64,000 nucleotides of DNA, from the NCBI GenBank assembly GCA_030704615.1, contig CM060734.1, forward strand, positions 36,208,001 to 36,272,000, written 5' to 3'. This document shows, piece after piece, positions 37,357-49,800 of this stretch. The position numbers and the translations under genes were made by a program. The notes beneath the pieces were generated by a model that was given only the letters and a program-made list of their open reading frames with translations, did not search any database and was not told the DNA's origin. This DNA comes from Takakia lepidozioides (lineage: Eukaryota > Plantae > Bryophyta). The stretch's first letter is position 1; every line of letters starts with the position of its first letter.

Positions 37357-39622
37357 TCAAAACTGCAAATCATCATTCGTACCTTCTGCATATGATGGCC
37401 CACCTTCTGGTTGTCCAACTATTGGCTGTCCAGCTAAATATAGCTCAGGATGAGAGAACAAATGTCTGAAGTTTGTGGAGTTCTTCCACAAAGATATGGC
37501 CTCAATCAAAACAGGTTGACATGCCTGCACACTTGGCCCTTCCAAAGCAACACGAAGCACACTTTCCAAGTTCTTTGTTTTCAACTTGTTTCGAAATTTA
37601 GTTTTGATTGAGTTTTGAACTGAGAATGCCCTCTCACATGCGGCAGTGCTTACACATTGAACTCGAGCAATTTCAGAAAGCACAAGCAAGTTTTCATACT
37701 TCATCGTTAGAGAAGGGTTCCAAGTCACCATGCCCCAAAGATCCTTGAAAGTTTTCTCCATCCACTCGGTACTTGCCTGTAGTTTGAAAGCAAAGAACTC
37801 TCGTTTCACCGCTGCTATGTCAACAAGGGCAGGCAATGTCCTTCCTGCAATATGTCTTTCGACACCATAGTGCGCACATAATATTTCCAACTCTACTACA
37901 CCCCAACTTGCTAACCCCACTTGCCTAGTTGGTAGGTTACATGGACTCAATATTTTGAATGCACTTACAACTCCGTTGTCCTCAAATCTGGCATCCAAAG
38001 CATTGCAAACAGCCTCTGCATAAAGCTTTTGGAAGGTAAGTGCTGCCTCCAAATCACCCCCCATCCTCTCTCGTGTCATTTGTACACCATGAAAAATTGG
38101 ATCCCCTAATCTCAGAGGCTAGCCGCCTCAAATACCCACCATGAGGACCAAATTCCGGGATGATGTGATAACCCATTTCCTCATTGAAGGTGGATTGGTT
38201 CAAATCCGTGCTATCCTCAATGAAAAACATTCGTATTTGTGCAATCTCTGTCTTAACTATGGACCCAATGCTGGTTACATCCACAAACTTCCATTGGAAC
38301 ACACGTGAGAGTAGAGATAGACCGTGCAACATATCAGCCAAAAAATACAAGACATAAATCATTTTGAATGACCTAAGCTTGTTATACAAAAGAGAGGCTG
38401 ATCCATCATCATTGGCAACCGGCACATCTCTAAAATACGTGACAACACTCTCAAGACTATCACAAAGCGATGTCACGGCCTGCCACCTATATAACCAACG
38501 AATCTTGTGAAACCTTTTGAGGCACTTCTGAGCATCATTAAGCTCGGTCTGCAAAGCTTGCAAGGTTGCCTTATGCTTAGATGATTTGCGAAAATGACCA
38601 GCAAGAGAGTTCAAAAGTGTGTCAACCTCATTTGAAATAAGATGACATGCTGATGTCTTGGCAGCTTCTAATGCTGCCAAGTTGGTCCTATGTGCTACGC
38701 AATGGACGGCCAACATAAAGGGGTTTACCTTTTGCTTAAGACGAGCAGCCACGCCGGATCGAGCCCCCACCATGGTTGCTGCCCCATCCGAACCAAACCC
38801 CAAAAACTTATCTACATCCAAACCCCACTCTTTCAAACTAGTTAGTAAACACTCATATATCATTGCGGCATCCTTCTTGCCATCAATAATCTGAAGTAAA
38901 CCCAAAAACAGAGTGACTGGCAAACCCTCTTCAACAAAAGAAGCAAAAACAACAAGATGACCGGTCACTGAAATGTCAGTTGATTCATCTATCATGATTC
39001 CATAGTACTTGGAATCCTTCACTCTATCCAACACCTTTTTCTGAACAACACATGAGATACAATACAATATATCAGCACACGACTTCTCATCATGGTACAG
39101 TTTCTGGGTAATACAAGCTTTGAGAGTAACCAAAAGTTGATACAAACCTGGAAATTTGCTAAATGGCAAGGCCTCCAAACCAATGTAGTAAGCAACTTGG
39201 AAAAGAGCCAAAACAGCATCATCACAAGCTCGATTAGCACTAGCTATGGCTTTCTCCATGGCTTTCTTACCAGATTGTAGGGCCCAAGAGAACTTACGAT
39301 GCTCTTCTGACCTAGCATGGTCTTGGAATGAATTCACCTTGACATTGACAGAACCAGCATTTGCAAAGACTGTCCTCCATCCTTTCCCTCTACAAACTTT
39401 ACAAAAAACCCTACCTAGATCATGGTTAAACTCAATCCAATCAAATTGAGTGTACCAAACATCTTTCCATGCTTTCTGGGCTGCCTCTACACTATTCGAT
39501 GGCTTGTCCATACCACTTGAAGATGAGGCAGGGGGGACAGCGGAAGGAGACTCCTCATCACAATCACCAGTGCGACCAGTCCTAAATAACATATTTCTTA
39601 GATTCCTTTGGCGCTTGGCCAT
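37357..39622 (-). pseudogene. hAT (ZNF862/ZMYM1-like) transposase of about 754 aa, interrupted by a single 1-bp frameshift
   Basis: TTF-type zinc finger (W..QFDW...FCKVC), IDESTD, SDGA, HCVAH, IRWL and STAACERAFS dimerisation domain. ATG 39622 to stop 37357 is 755 codons + 1 nt, with the extra base in the A5 run at 38092-38096. Confidence 0.9.
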
Positions 39623-40101
39623 AGCCAAGACCTTACAAAATACAAATTTATAGCACGGAAATTGCAACAAGGAAAGGCCAGCGAGTGCAAGCAGGCGGGA
39701 GCGTCGGCAGCACATCAACATACAGCCAGTGGTAAGTGCGGGCCCCGGCAGGTGAGATGTGGACTTAGCAAAGAACGAGTGCAAGGCCTGCCAACTGCCT
39801 GAAGCAAATCAGAAAATAGAAGGGGAGGTGGGTCAGAAATGGGTGCGAGGTGAGATGCAGCCCTCCCAGCCGCCTTTGCCCGACACAAAATAGACACAGC
39901 TTGTGCCTACTGCAAAGCAACAGAAACCGTGGTCGAAAGAACGGTAGAAGAACCGAAGGGGGAGGCCTACCAATGCCCTTGCTTTTTACTGCATGATGAG
40001 CACAAAGTATGCAGAAAGTCATGTAGTTGTAGACTTCGAAAGGCAAAAGTCATAACCTCTCACTAGGAAAAGCAAAGACATAACCAAATGAAACAAAGAC
40101 T

Positions 40102-40578
40102 CATGCCTGGGCCTTGAAGTGTGGTAGCACGCAGCGAGTGCAAGCAGGCGGGAGCGTCGGCAGCACATCAACATACAGCCAGTGGTAAGTGCGGGCCCGG
40201 CAGGTGAGCAAAGGACTTAGCAAAGAACGAATGCAAGGCTGAAAACATGCCTGGGCCTTGAAGTGTGGTAGCACGCAGCGAGTGCAAGCAGGCGGGAGCG
40301 TCGACAGCACATCAACATACAGCCAGTGGTAAGTGCGGGCCCGGCAGGTGAGCAAAGGACTTAGCAAAGAACGAGTGCAAGGCTCTTCTAGGGTTTGCCC
40401 CCAACCGCCCTGGCTCCGTCCGTTGGATGTAACCAGGCGTGGGCCCTGGCATGCTGGATTTCCGCCACGTGGCAAGGCTCTTCTAGTCTCTTCTAGGGTT
40501 TGCCCCCAACCACCCTGACCCCGTCCGTTGGATGTAACCAGGCCTGGGCCCTGGCATGCTGGATTTCCGGCACGTGGC
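40102..40578. repeat. Tandem repeats in the hAT 5' region: 2 x 144 bp (40102, 40246; third partial copy at about 39679-39788) and 2 x 105-bp period (40383, 40488)
   Basis: Near-identical direct repeats visible in the sequence. Confidence 0.9.
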
Positions 40579-41096
40579 AGCATTCAACGGCCATTTTCCG
40601 TTTTCTTATAAGATAAGAACGGCTGGAATCCGTCCAGGCGTGCCAACTAAGGCATATTTCCGGCATTTACTGATACGGAAAGGCAAAAATCCGTCCTCTG
40701 AGTCAGGCACTCGGATGATTTGAATTGCTTAAAATTGGTTGCGATTATTTATTGTTGTTCATTTGTTGAATTTGTATGCAGCCGAATTTAATTTTCATTT
40801 GCAGGAAATGAACCGGTTGATATGTACAATGGCCGGATTTATAGCCGAACACACCAAAAAAAAAAAGGAATATTACCGGTTGTAAAACAATATGTAGGAA
40901 ATTGACCGCCTGAAGTTACCACTAAGGGGCAGCTGCCGACCCCCCAACCCACTTAGCCGGTTGGTGTTGAAAATGAGCGGCTGAAAATGAGCGGCCACTG
41001 GCTGGTTCAACTCAAAATATTTCCCGGACACTGGCCTGTACTTACTTATTACCGAGCTTTTGGGGTCGCAAATTAACTTACAGGGTGGATATGGAG

Positions 41097-41102
41097 CACG
41101 TG
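41097..41102. promoter_or_regulatory. G-box (CACGTG) with nearby ACGT cores upstream of the bZIP gene
   Basis: CACGTG at 41097-41102, and CACGTT at about 41124 and 41210. Function is untested. Confidence 0.3.
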
Positions 41103-41352
41103 GGTTATGCAGGGTGAAGTAGCCACGTTGCGAGATCTGGGCTGTGGATGCCGTTTGTTCCCCATCGAGGGAAAGACGGTCAAGGGTGAGGAGGAGTCAG
41201 CGGCTGGAGCACGTTGTCTCCCGTGGGACGTTGGATGGAGATAAGGGTAGATCTGAGCCCTTTGACTAGAAAGATGGGAAGGTTAGGTGAAAGAAGGAGC
41301 AAGCTCAGGCAGAAGCTATGGGAGCGAGGGCGATGGTCGGGCTAGGGGGGCT

Positions 41353-42805
41353 ATGGAGGCAGGTAATGGCGATGGCGTGGAGGAAGAGAGCAAGCGAGAT
41401 GGGAAAAGTCTGCGCAGGCCTCCATCTGTGGACGATCTGTTTGCGCCCATGTTTCGCTTGGATGTGCATTCTTCCAGGGTAGCGTTGAGCTCTGGAGCTG
41501 CAGCAGCAGCAGCCGGGAGAGATGGTGGGGAAGGGAGTGCAGCCAGGCCGGAGTTCGTGGCGGCAGGTAGGAAGGAAGTCTTTGCAAGTGCAGCATTGAA
41601 GGAAGAGGTCGGTCGAGAGGGTGCTCGGCAGTCTTACGCGGCAGATGCACAACCTCCCTTTGCTGGCGGTGAGCCTCCCCATTCTAGATTAGCGGTTGGT
41701 TCCTTGCCATGCGCTTAAGAAGCTTTGATGTGAAGTCAGGCATGCTGGAAGCGCTGGTAGTCCTTTATCAACTTTGGTTGCTGTGGAGACCGTTTTAGGG
41801 TTCGTGAATCACATGGAAGAGAGAACGTTTCGGATGTCGTAGTAGTTACTGCTCGACTCGTGAAGAGAGGGACGTTTGGATGAGAACAACTTCCATCTTT
41901 TGTCTCTTGTAGTCCCGGTGTCTTTTAGGTTTCCGCTGAAATCAACTGAGGTAGGTTAAAGTACTAGGTTTTTTAATAACTCGGGGTGCTGATAGTCTGA
42001 AAATCTGGCAGGGGTGGAGGGGTCTGGAAACAAGAAGTATGCAAAAAGTAGTGGAGACGCTGAAACTCAGACTCCAGTCAATGGCACGAAGGATGCCCTG
42101 TTTTCTTCACGGTGGAGCATTGCAGTAGAGAAGGGCGTTTCAGATGCTAGCAAGGAAAGGTTTGGTGAAGTGGAGAGACCTGTGTCTGGCACTGTGACCG
42201 AGAGCTCCACAGGACTTTCGGGTGAAGTGGATAATGGGTCACTGTCGCCAGATGTAAAACCCGGCGTCACTTCCTCGGGAACTGCAGATCCGGCAATAGG
42301 GCTGGATGGCTTTTCATCTTTGGGGGCCAAAGAGGCAGCTTCCAGTTTCACAAATTCTGAAGCTGGAGGTCAGTCCAATTCCACATCTGACGATGACCAG
42401 CTGATCGTAGACGAGAGGAAGCAAAAGCGGATGCTCTCAAATAGAGAATCAGCACGTCGATCACGTCTTAGAAAACAGCAACATCTGGATGAATTGCGGG
42501 CACATGTGGCACATTTGCGGGCTGAGAACAATCACATGCTGAATCGGTTTGGCCTCGCATCCCAGCAGTATGCACAATTGACCGATGAGAACCGTGTGCT
42601 AAGATCCCATGCCATGGATCTAAGCCGCCAGCTGCAACGGTTGCATCATACGGCTGCTGCACGGCACCCTGGTGGTTTACAGGCGCTTGGCCTCGGTTCT
42701 GGACACTTGGACCCATCATCCTCACCCTTGACCTTGACCTTGCGCTCTGGCAGATCTGATGGAGATGGCTGGGCGACATCCTCGCTCCCAGCCTCTTATC
42801 CATAG
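41353..42805 (+). CDS. bZIP transcription factor (group S/C-like domain), about 369 aa, 2 exons
   Basis: Exon 1 41353-41668 (G|GTGAGC) and exon 2 42012-42805 (CAG|), phase-1 join in frame. Domain DERKQKRMLSNRESARRSRLRKQQHLDEL plus a long leucine zipper. Confidence 0.88.
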
Positions 42806-45800
42806 AAAGGACGGGGTTTTGTACAGGAGATTCACTATATGGGCTACCTAATCCCAATTGTAATGTTAGTCTTTTGCCATTTTGAAAGTAAGCATATACT
42901 TGTACTTAAAAAGTAGGTAGTGACCGCCTCTATTGTCTACTGCTTATTTGCTGAGGGGTCATAACCTCTGTTTATGACGTGCTTATCATGCCAGGAGGAC
43001 AAGATCCCATGTTTTACTATCGAAGACTGTTGTTTGTCAGACGACCAGGGCCACTTCCTTGTACAATTTTTTTCCCAGTGTCTGGATCTGTGGGTTTGAA
43101 GTGGGCGACCCTTTCTCCCTTGGATCTGTTTCATGAGTTCATGTTTCCAAATGTCTAGGAAAAATATTCGTACCACCTTACTTGGAGAATGATGTTTGCA
43201 CAGCTGCAATGACTAGGATATACAACGCTCAGCTTGGATGCATCATTCATCTGTACTCTTGGAAGAATATTATGAGGAAGACGCACCACATACCCATCTT
43301 TACGATTGTCATGGTGATGCTGTGCACAATACATTTCACGAGCCCATCTTCACTAACAAACTTCTGCAAAGAGGGGTTGTAAGTGGGAAATTTCTGCAAG
43401 AATTACTGCCATTCCCACCCTTCAGTGCTGCGGCTGTGAAATCATGAATACAAGCATGCATGAGGAAATAATACTTTGCCCTTTAAGTGGATAGTCAACT
43501 AAGTTTGCTGAATATGTATATATATATATGCCTTGGCTAGAGCTGTTAGAATTTGGCTGTGACAGCTTTGGAGAAGTCATCTGATGACGGGCGTTGTGAC
43601 ATGAATGTGAATGGGTGCTCAGGAAAATGCTCTATAGGTGAGAATTCTGAAAGAAAAAACTAGCGGCATCTTGCAGAGAAGCATAGCTCGACATGTAAAT
43701 TGCATAAGAAACATCAGATGAGGGAGCAAGATAAGAAAAGCACGGTGTGGTAGTTGGGCTTTGTTTTCCAATACTCTGTAGAAGTAGATATAAATGCACG
43801 AAGATGCAGGGATGCATATAGTATCCACGGAGGGTATCCAGCATCTAAAAATCTAGAGAGATAGGCTGCAATAGGGTTGCGGCCGGCTCTGTGTACAAAG
43901 AAGATGCAATGCCGCCTTTATGAGTAGATCAAACAATGACACTTTGTTTGCAGAGCTCGTTGCAGAGAGAAACTGACGGTTTGCAGGTACTGGGGCTTGC
44001 TGCGAATTCTTTAAAATTTCACGCCGACTTACCTGGTCGCGAATTAGCTGGATAGAGATCGCTGCTCTGTCGATGTGCACGACCAATGGAGGTATTGATG
44101 GACTCAAATTTTAGAAGTGAAAAGGATAGTACCCGGGGAACTGTTGTCTTGAATGCTTTGCTCTCGCTCCCCTGTGTCCCGACTCCCGAATTTGTGGGTA
44201 TTAGCGGAACCTGCGCCCATTTGACGTGTAGTAGCGCTCTCACAGTGAACCCAATCTGTGCGCCGTTCAAGCTTTCTTCACACCTGTCAGAAACGTTATG
44301 CACGTCAAGCATAACGTTTTTTTGGTTGTAACTTGTGAGAAAGAATCATCCATGTAGAGAGCTGCTATGAGCCAAAACCATCTATGCAGAGAGCTAATAT
44401 AAGCAAGAATCATCCATATAAAGAGCTGATATGAGAAAAAAGCATCCACGCATACAACGGTAGATACTAGAAAAGAAGGTCGTAGCTACGAGAAATAGCT
44501 GGCATTGTCCAGAACCCACGGAAAGATGACACGTTGACGAGATCTCTTTCTAGCTAGGGAAGAGGGGGGTGAAGGAGCTTCTAGTTGTGGAGAAAGTATA
44601 ATTGAGATCTTGATGTAGGTATCGCCTTCCAACAACATGTGCTACGCAACATTGATTTGGAAAGTTTGTAAACCGCTTGAGTTGTATGTCATACATGTGA
44701 ATTGTAAACGAACGCATTTTATGGCACACCATGCAATTCACATCAAAATACATAGACAAAACAAAGATAGCAACTTATCTGTGTCAAATATTTTGGATCT
44801 CAGCCCCCCTCATGAGAGTGTCAGACATGGTGGAGTAACGACTATTGATTGAAGAGGCGAGACCTATCTACTTTCAAAAAGGATAACAGCCAAAATGCTA
44901 AATTGAAGGATATTTCAGCTTGGTAAGTAGACAAGAATGTAGGCAGGAAACACTGGCAACATGTAATGACAATGTTGTTGGATAAGTGATAGGTGTCACC
45001 TTGCTCGAGCTCTTCCTTATTCCTCAATATTATTCTCTGAGTTGACACAGCTTCATACCTCGAACTCAAATTTCATTGTAAGAAAAAACTGCATATATAT
45101 TTTTTGCAAGCATACATTAAAGATGTGTGCAGTCCTAATACTGCTATCATGCTGCCAATGCATGCTAAAATTGTGTCGGGCAGCAGACTTTGCAGACTTT
45201 AGAATAGATCAAACTGGCTACAAACCAAAAAACCACATGTCACTAGTTGCATCTCTACTCTGAATCTATGATTATTAATGCAAACTAAGGACTTCTATAT
45301 GTGCCTTTGTTGAAGTATGTATATATGTACATGGTTCTAGTAACGTCTTCCTTTTAGAAAGGTGTGCTTACAGTTGACTTTGGTATCTTATTTGCATTTA
45401 AAATGGTACTGCATCTAATGTTGGTTTATGTGCAGACTCGTTGTGTGGCCTGTTAATCTCCATCTAGCTTTTTGAAAAGTTGTGGACACCTTGTTGATCT
45501 TTCTCACACATATTTGGGTTTACTCTGTTGGTTGAGACCTTTGAAATAACGTTACATGGTGAAGAAGGCAAATTGATTGGGCACTATAGCTATTCATGGC
45601 TATAAGCTACAAACCAGAAGTGGGATAGAAGAGAAAAATGAAGAAAAAGAGGTCGCAAAGAGACATAAAATATAGTTCATAAAATAGAACTAGAAAACTT
45701 CATAAGGTGGCTGAGGGGGGTAGTTTCCTGACACTATGATGATTTTGTACAAAGAAGGGCAATATAAACACAAGGAGGTTTGAACAGATCTCCATATGAT

Positions 45801-46466
45801 CCAGATGGATATCTACTAGAGTACTCCAACAACATTGACTGGTGAAGCCGGAGCTTGTGTTTCTCCACTTTGAAGAATAAAGACCAACCACCGCATGACA
45901 TGGAGAAACATGGACGAAAACCATTTTCCATTCTTCTGCATGTGGTTAATTTGTGATTTTTTTCCCAAATAGTTGGTTGATTTTAAGACTTGTGACGACT
46001 CCAACACATTCAAAATGTGCGATAGATATCATACAATTCTGCCTCTCATTCCTGGCATCATTAAGGCTTAGAAATGTACCTTGTTCAAAGGTTGCAACCG
46101 GGACAACTCGATCATATTTAAATTCAGCTCAGTCATTGATATCTAAGAGACTGATAAGAACATTTTAGGGCCCTGGCTCTTATTTTTCAATCTCAAATAC
46201 ACTGTAGAAAACCTTATCTTCAACATATATAGGCAGTTCATTTACATAATTCAAGCAAGATCTGTCGCCATTGAATAACCAAGCGTCACACGTCATTCAC
46301 TAAATCTATAGACATCAATATGTACACAAAACTCACAATCTCTATCATTAACCAATAAGTTGCTGAACTTTTGTGCGAACAGACCCAAGGTGTAACTGGT
46401 GTAAAGGAAGATATGTGAAGTTTTCATCTATCCATCTTTTTCTATCTTCGAGCTTTGGAAGTCTTC

Positions 46467-46650
46467 CTAGCAGTTCACAATGTTAATTGGATATATGTAC
46501 AGCACCAGTGCAGTGAAGGATTTTGCGAGAGAATCTGTCACTCCAGCAAAGCTAGCAAAGCTGTTGAACTCTTTGCCTACAATGTCAATCTGAATACCCA
46601 GACAAGCTGCCTTTGTAGCAGTCACAGGCCCATGAGCAGAAAGTATCAAT
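46467..46650 (-). pseudogene. C-terminal fragment of a HEM4/uroporphyrinogen-III-synthase-like protein
   Basis: ILSAHGPVTATKAACLGIQIDIVGKEFNSF...GVTDSL resembles the plant HEM4-domain AAHGPVTA...LGV.VDVV...F.SF.GVV.AL segment. Confidence 0.55.
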
Positions 46651-46710
46651 TGTCTCTCATCTTTCCAGATCTGGAGTCTCTATTCTGTGCGCAGGAAAAA
46701 GAACAAGCAC

Positions 46711-46835
46711 ATTAATAGCTGATTCTGTCTTCTTGATGAGCCACTCCATTGTCGTACTGGGCTTGATCAAAACCCAGCTTGTTTTGCACATCATAAATTT
46801 GCACTGCTTTTGAAACTGACAGCCCCGCACATGTC
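46711..46835 (-). pseudogene. Class II TCP domain fragment, frameshifted
   Basis: LSVSKAVQIYDVQNKLGFDQ, then a +1 nt shift, then PSTTMEWLIKKTESAIN, matching the helix-loop-helix half of CIN-type TCP domains. The basic region is degraded. Confidence 0.75.
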
Positions 46836-49800
46836 CTCTTATCTCGGCGACTCAATCTTCTGAGTAGATGGTTCTGAGAGTCCTGCAAAACATGTAAAGT
46901 CCAGTATCGATCTTCATATTTTTGTCTCATAACACAGTGTCGGTCACCGTTTTTGCGTCTGCAAACACAAATCTTGGCTCCCTGAGAGTTCGGGTAATGT
47001 GGGAAAATAAAGGAGTTTGTTCTAGTTCTCTAGTGGTGTTATGGACTTAGGTTTCGTAGAATGTCAAGTTGCATACATTCAGGCCGTACATATATTGTAG
47101 TGCAGAAAAATATCGCATACGTCTGTCACACGGTCAGTATGGCCCTGGAACACCCGCGCCGGTCTCCTCGTCACTACATCGTATAAACATAGCACCTAGT
47201 CATCCACAGAAAGAGAAACTAAACTTGTGGTCGAACCTCAAAACTAGCGGAGACTCTATTCCACAGCAACATGACCATCACCACCGTCTTGCAAATGTGC
47301 TTATCTGGACACCACCCAACCTTCTTCCACAGATACACCCACGTCCCAATCGCTCCACTCATCCCTTGTTGGCTCACGTCTGACTTTAAGAACATTAGCA
47401 TTGGTACCTCTTCTTGACCTTATAAGAGGTGCGATTCGGATTTTTCGATTAAGGACATCAACTTCGCGCACGACGCCCAAAGCTGAAGTCATCAGATATT
47501 CTTTGGCGTATCCAACCATTGGCCATGGTGGTACAGTACCTACACCACTCACTATAAATTTTAAACATAAAACTCGTCGCTTACATAAAACTCGTCACTT
47601 TCATAAAACGATCTCAGGCTCATGTATATTTGTTATTCTTTTGTTTTTTGGAGAAGGTGGAACGCGGGATTGGCTTTGATCAATCACTTTGATTCATGAA
47701 ATTTCATAATGTTGCAAAGGACAAAATGCAACATGTTGGACCAACACTTTTTGGGGATAAGCATTTTGGTTGTTTTCACCGAATTTCGTAAAATACAAGT
47801 TTTTGCACATTTTGTTTGTCACCAAACTCTAACCCACATTTCTACAACATTTCAAGATAATTGGAGTCGTTTTTTATGTAGCGGGGTTGCAAAGTTGAAT
47901 CAAAAGATGAGTAGTCAGAAATCTCACTTAGAATTTTTAATGTACACAACAACCGTAATTTGTAACTTGGTGAGTAACGTGAAGAAGTTTTAGAATTTGT
48001 TGAGATAAAATCTGCTGGGTTTGTATATTGGGAAGGTCACTCCCTAGATCTTTTACGAAATTTCCCCTCCAACCGCTTATCTTCCATAATGCCGGTTACA
48101 TTAAAGCAATAAATATGTCCTCTAATAACATCGCCATGAAGAGGATGATTTTTTGGATGAAGAACATATATCCAATGTCTATGTACAGAAGAGAATTAGT
48201 GTTGAGATTAGTGGTATTTCTACCAACATATAGTGTTGCTTGCAGAGAATTAGTCTTGAATGGGTTTACCTAGATTTCTCTCTCACTGCTCTCTCTCAGT
48301 GCCTTAATTTTTGCAGTGGCACATTTGTTATAGAGGCCAAGGAATTGGCCTCATGTTTTTCAGTATTATGTCAACGCCCAACAGGTACAATGGTAAAAAA
48401 TCGATTGTCGTCAACTCTTGGCGAGCCCTAGGGATGCAAATATCCGAGAAATGTTTCATATACATTTAAAGATATTTTAGTGCTTTATAGTTGAATAATT
48501 GTTCTTTTCTTTATTTCTTTCCCTCCCATATAATTGATAGTATTTTCTGTCTGCCCAGCTTTGGGCAATGAAAGTTTATGTTGGATGCTCATTATATTGA
48601 ACAAATTAACATGAAAACTAGGCAAAAAAATCTATCTTACCCTTCTTTGGAATTATTAGTAATGTTTTCCTCCGTGTTCGCATTATCTCCTTAAGAGGTG
48701 CTCTCCCCTGCTTGGCAGTAACATCCAACATCGGTTGTGGCAACCCAAGTTCCCCCCTCCGCCTCCATATCGTCTTTGTCGCTGTCATCCCCCTCTTACC
48801 TTCTAGCACAAACATAGCAACTACCCATTGCAATTAGAGGCACTGCCTCAACTACATTATTCAACTAAAATGACATGAAGACTTAGCATAAATTTACAAT
48901 GTCTTACTTTTCTGTGGAATTTTCAGAAGTGTTTTTCTCCTTGTTCGCATCATCTCCTTGGTAGTGGTATAAGCATAATTCAATGAGCACTTATAAGAAC
49001 ACAAACTACCAAAACGCAAAGCACATAACTTTAGGTGGCGTTCCTTCACAACACTCTTCAATGTTGTCTGAGCTCTTTTATCCTCTCGGGGGATTGGGTG
49101 CATTCTCCAATGAGGTGGAACTCTGTTAACCAATCTTTCACAAACTTTCTATTCATCATGTGTGATCGATACTGCAAATGTCAATGTTTCTTCAACGCCT
49201 CTGTCCCGAAACACTTACCTAGATCCCGGTCTTTAACTTTTGGTGGGTAGAAGATGTCCAACAAACGTAGGTGGTACTCCAACTGTTGACAGCTTTTCCA
49301 CATCTAATTCTATTAAGATGATGTTAAGGTACAGTCAGATCGGCAAGTTTAAGATTATAGTGTAGTAAAAATCCTAACATAAAGATTGGCCAAGGCAAGT
49401 GTTGAAATACTCTAGACAATGTTTCAAAGGTTCAATATTGCAACTCGTGCACTGAACTTACGAGTATAAACCTTATGTAAGGTTGAAGGATCTAGAATTT
49501 GGCGATTCGATGTGATGTCGCAACCACGAAAGTTCGAAGTGCCTGTACCACAAAATATTACATTAGCATTACTAATATATAATGTAATATGGGCCAAGTC
49601 TACGGTCAAGAAATAAAGAAGATCAATCAGGATGAAAATAAAGGTACTAGGACCACAAGGAAAAGATACAACAACAAAGAGAAAAGAAGCCAGAAAGAAA
49701 AAATGGATGACACTTGTGGAATCCAATAGTTGTATTGGAATGATACATACGAAAGGGATTTTGTTGACAAGAAAGAGAAATGAGATGGTGGAGATGGATA

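Larger units (their letters stand above)
37081..41033 (-). mobile_element. hAT DNA transposon (3.95 kb) with 8-bp target-site duplication
   Basis: TSD GCCTGTAC at 37073-37080 and 41034-41041. Imperfect TIR CAATGAACGGGAA vs CAGTGTCCGGGAA (10/13). Encloses a hAT transposase. Confidence 0.88.

Noticed and set aside
38085-38100. Programmed ribosomal frameshift in the transposase
   Set aside because: It needs a +1 shift and there is no canonical slippery heptamer; a homopolymer indel is simpler.
39623-39784. N-terminal 54 aa of the 576-aa transposase ORF
   Set aside because: Starts at a non-ATG codon and overlaps a repeat copy; MAKRQR at 39622 is the more plausible start.
40101-40583. 160-aa ORF with repeated peptides
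   Set aside because: By-product of tandem DNA repeats in the hAT 5' region; non-ATG start and no recognisable domain.
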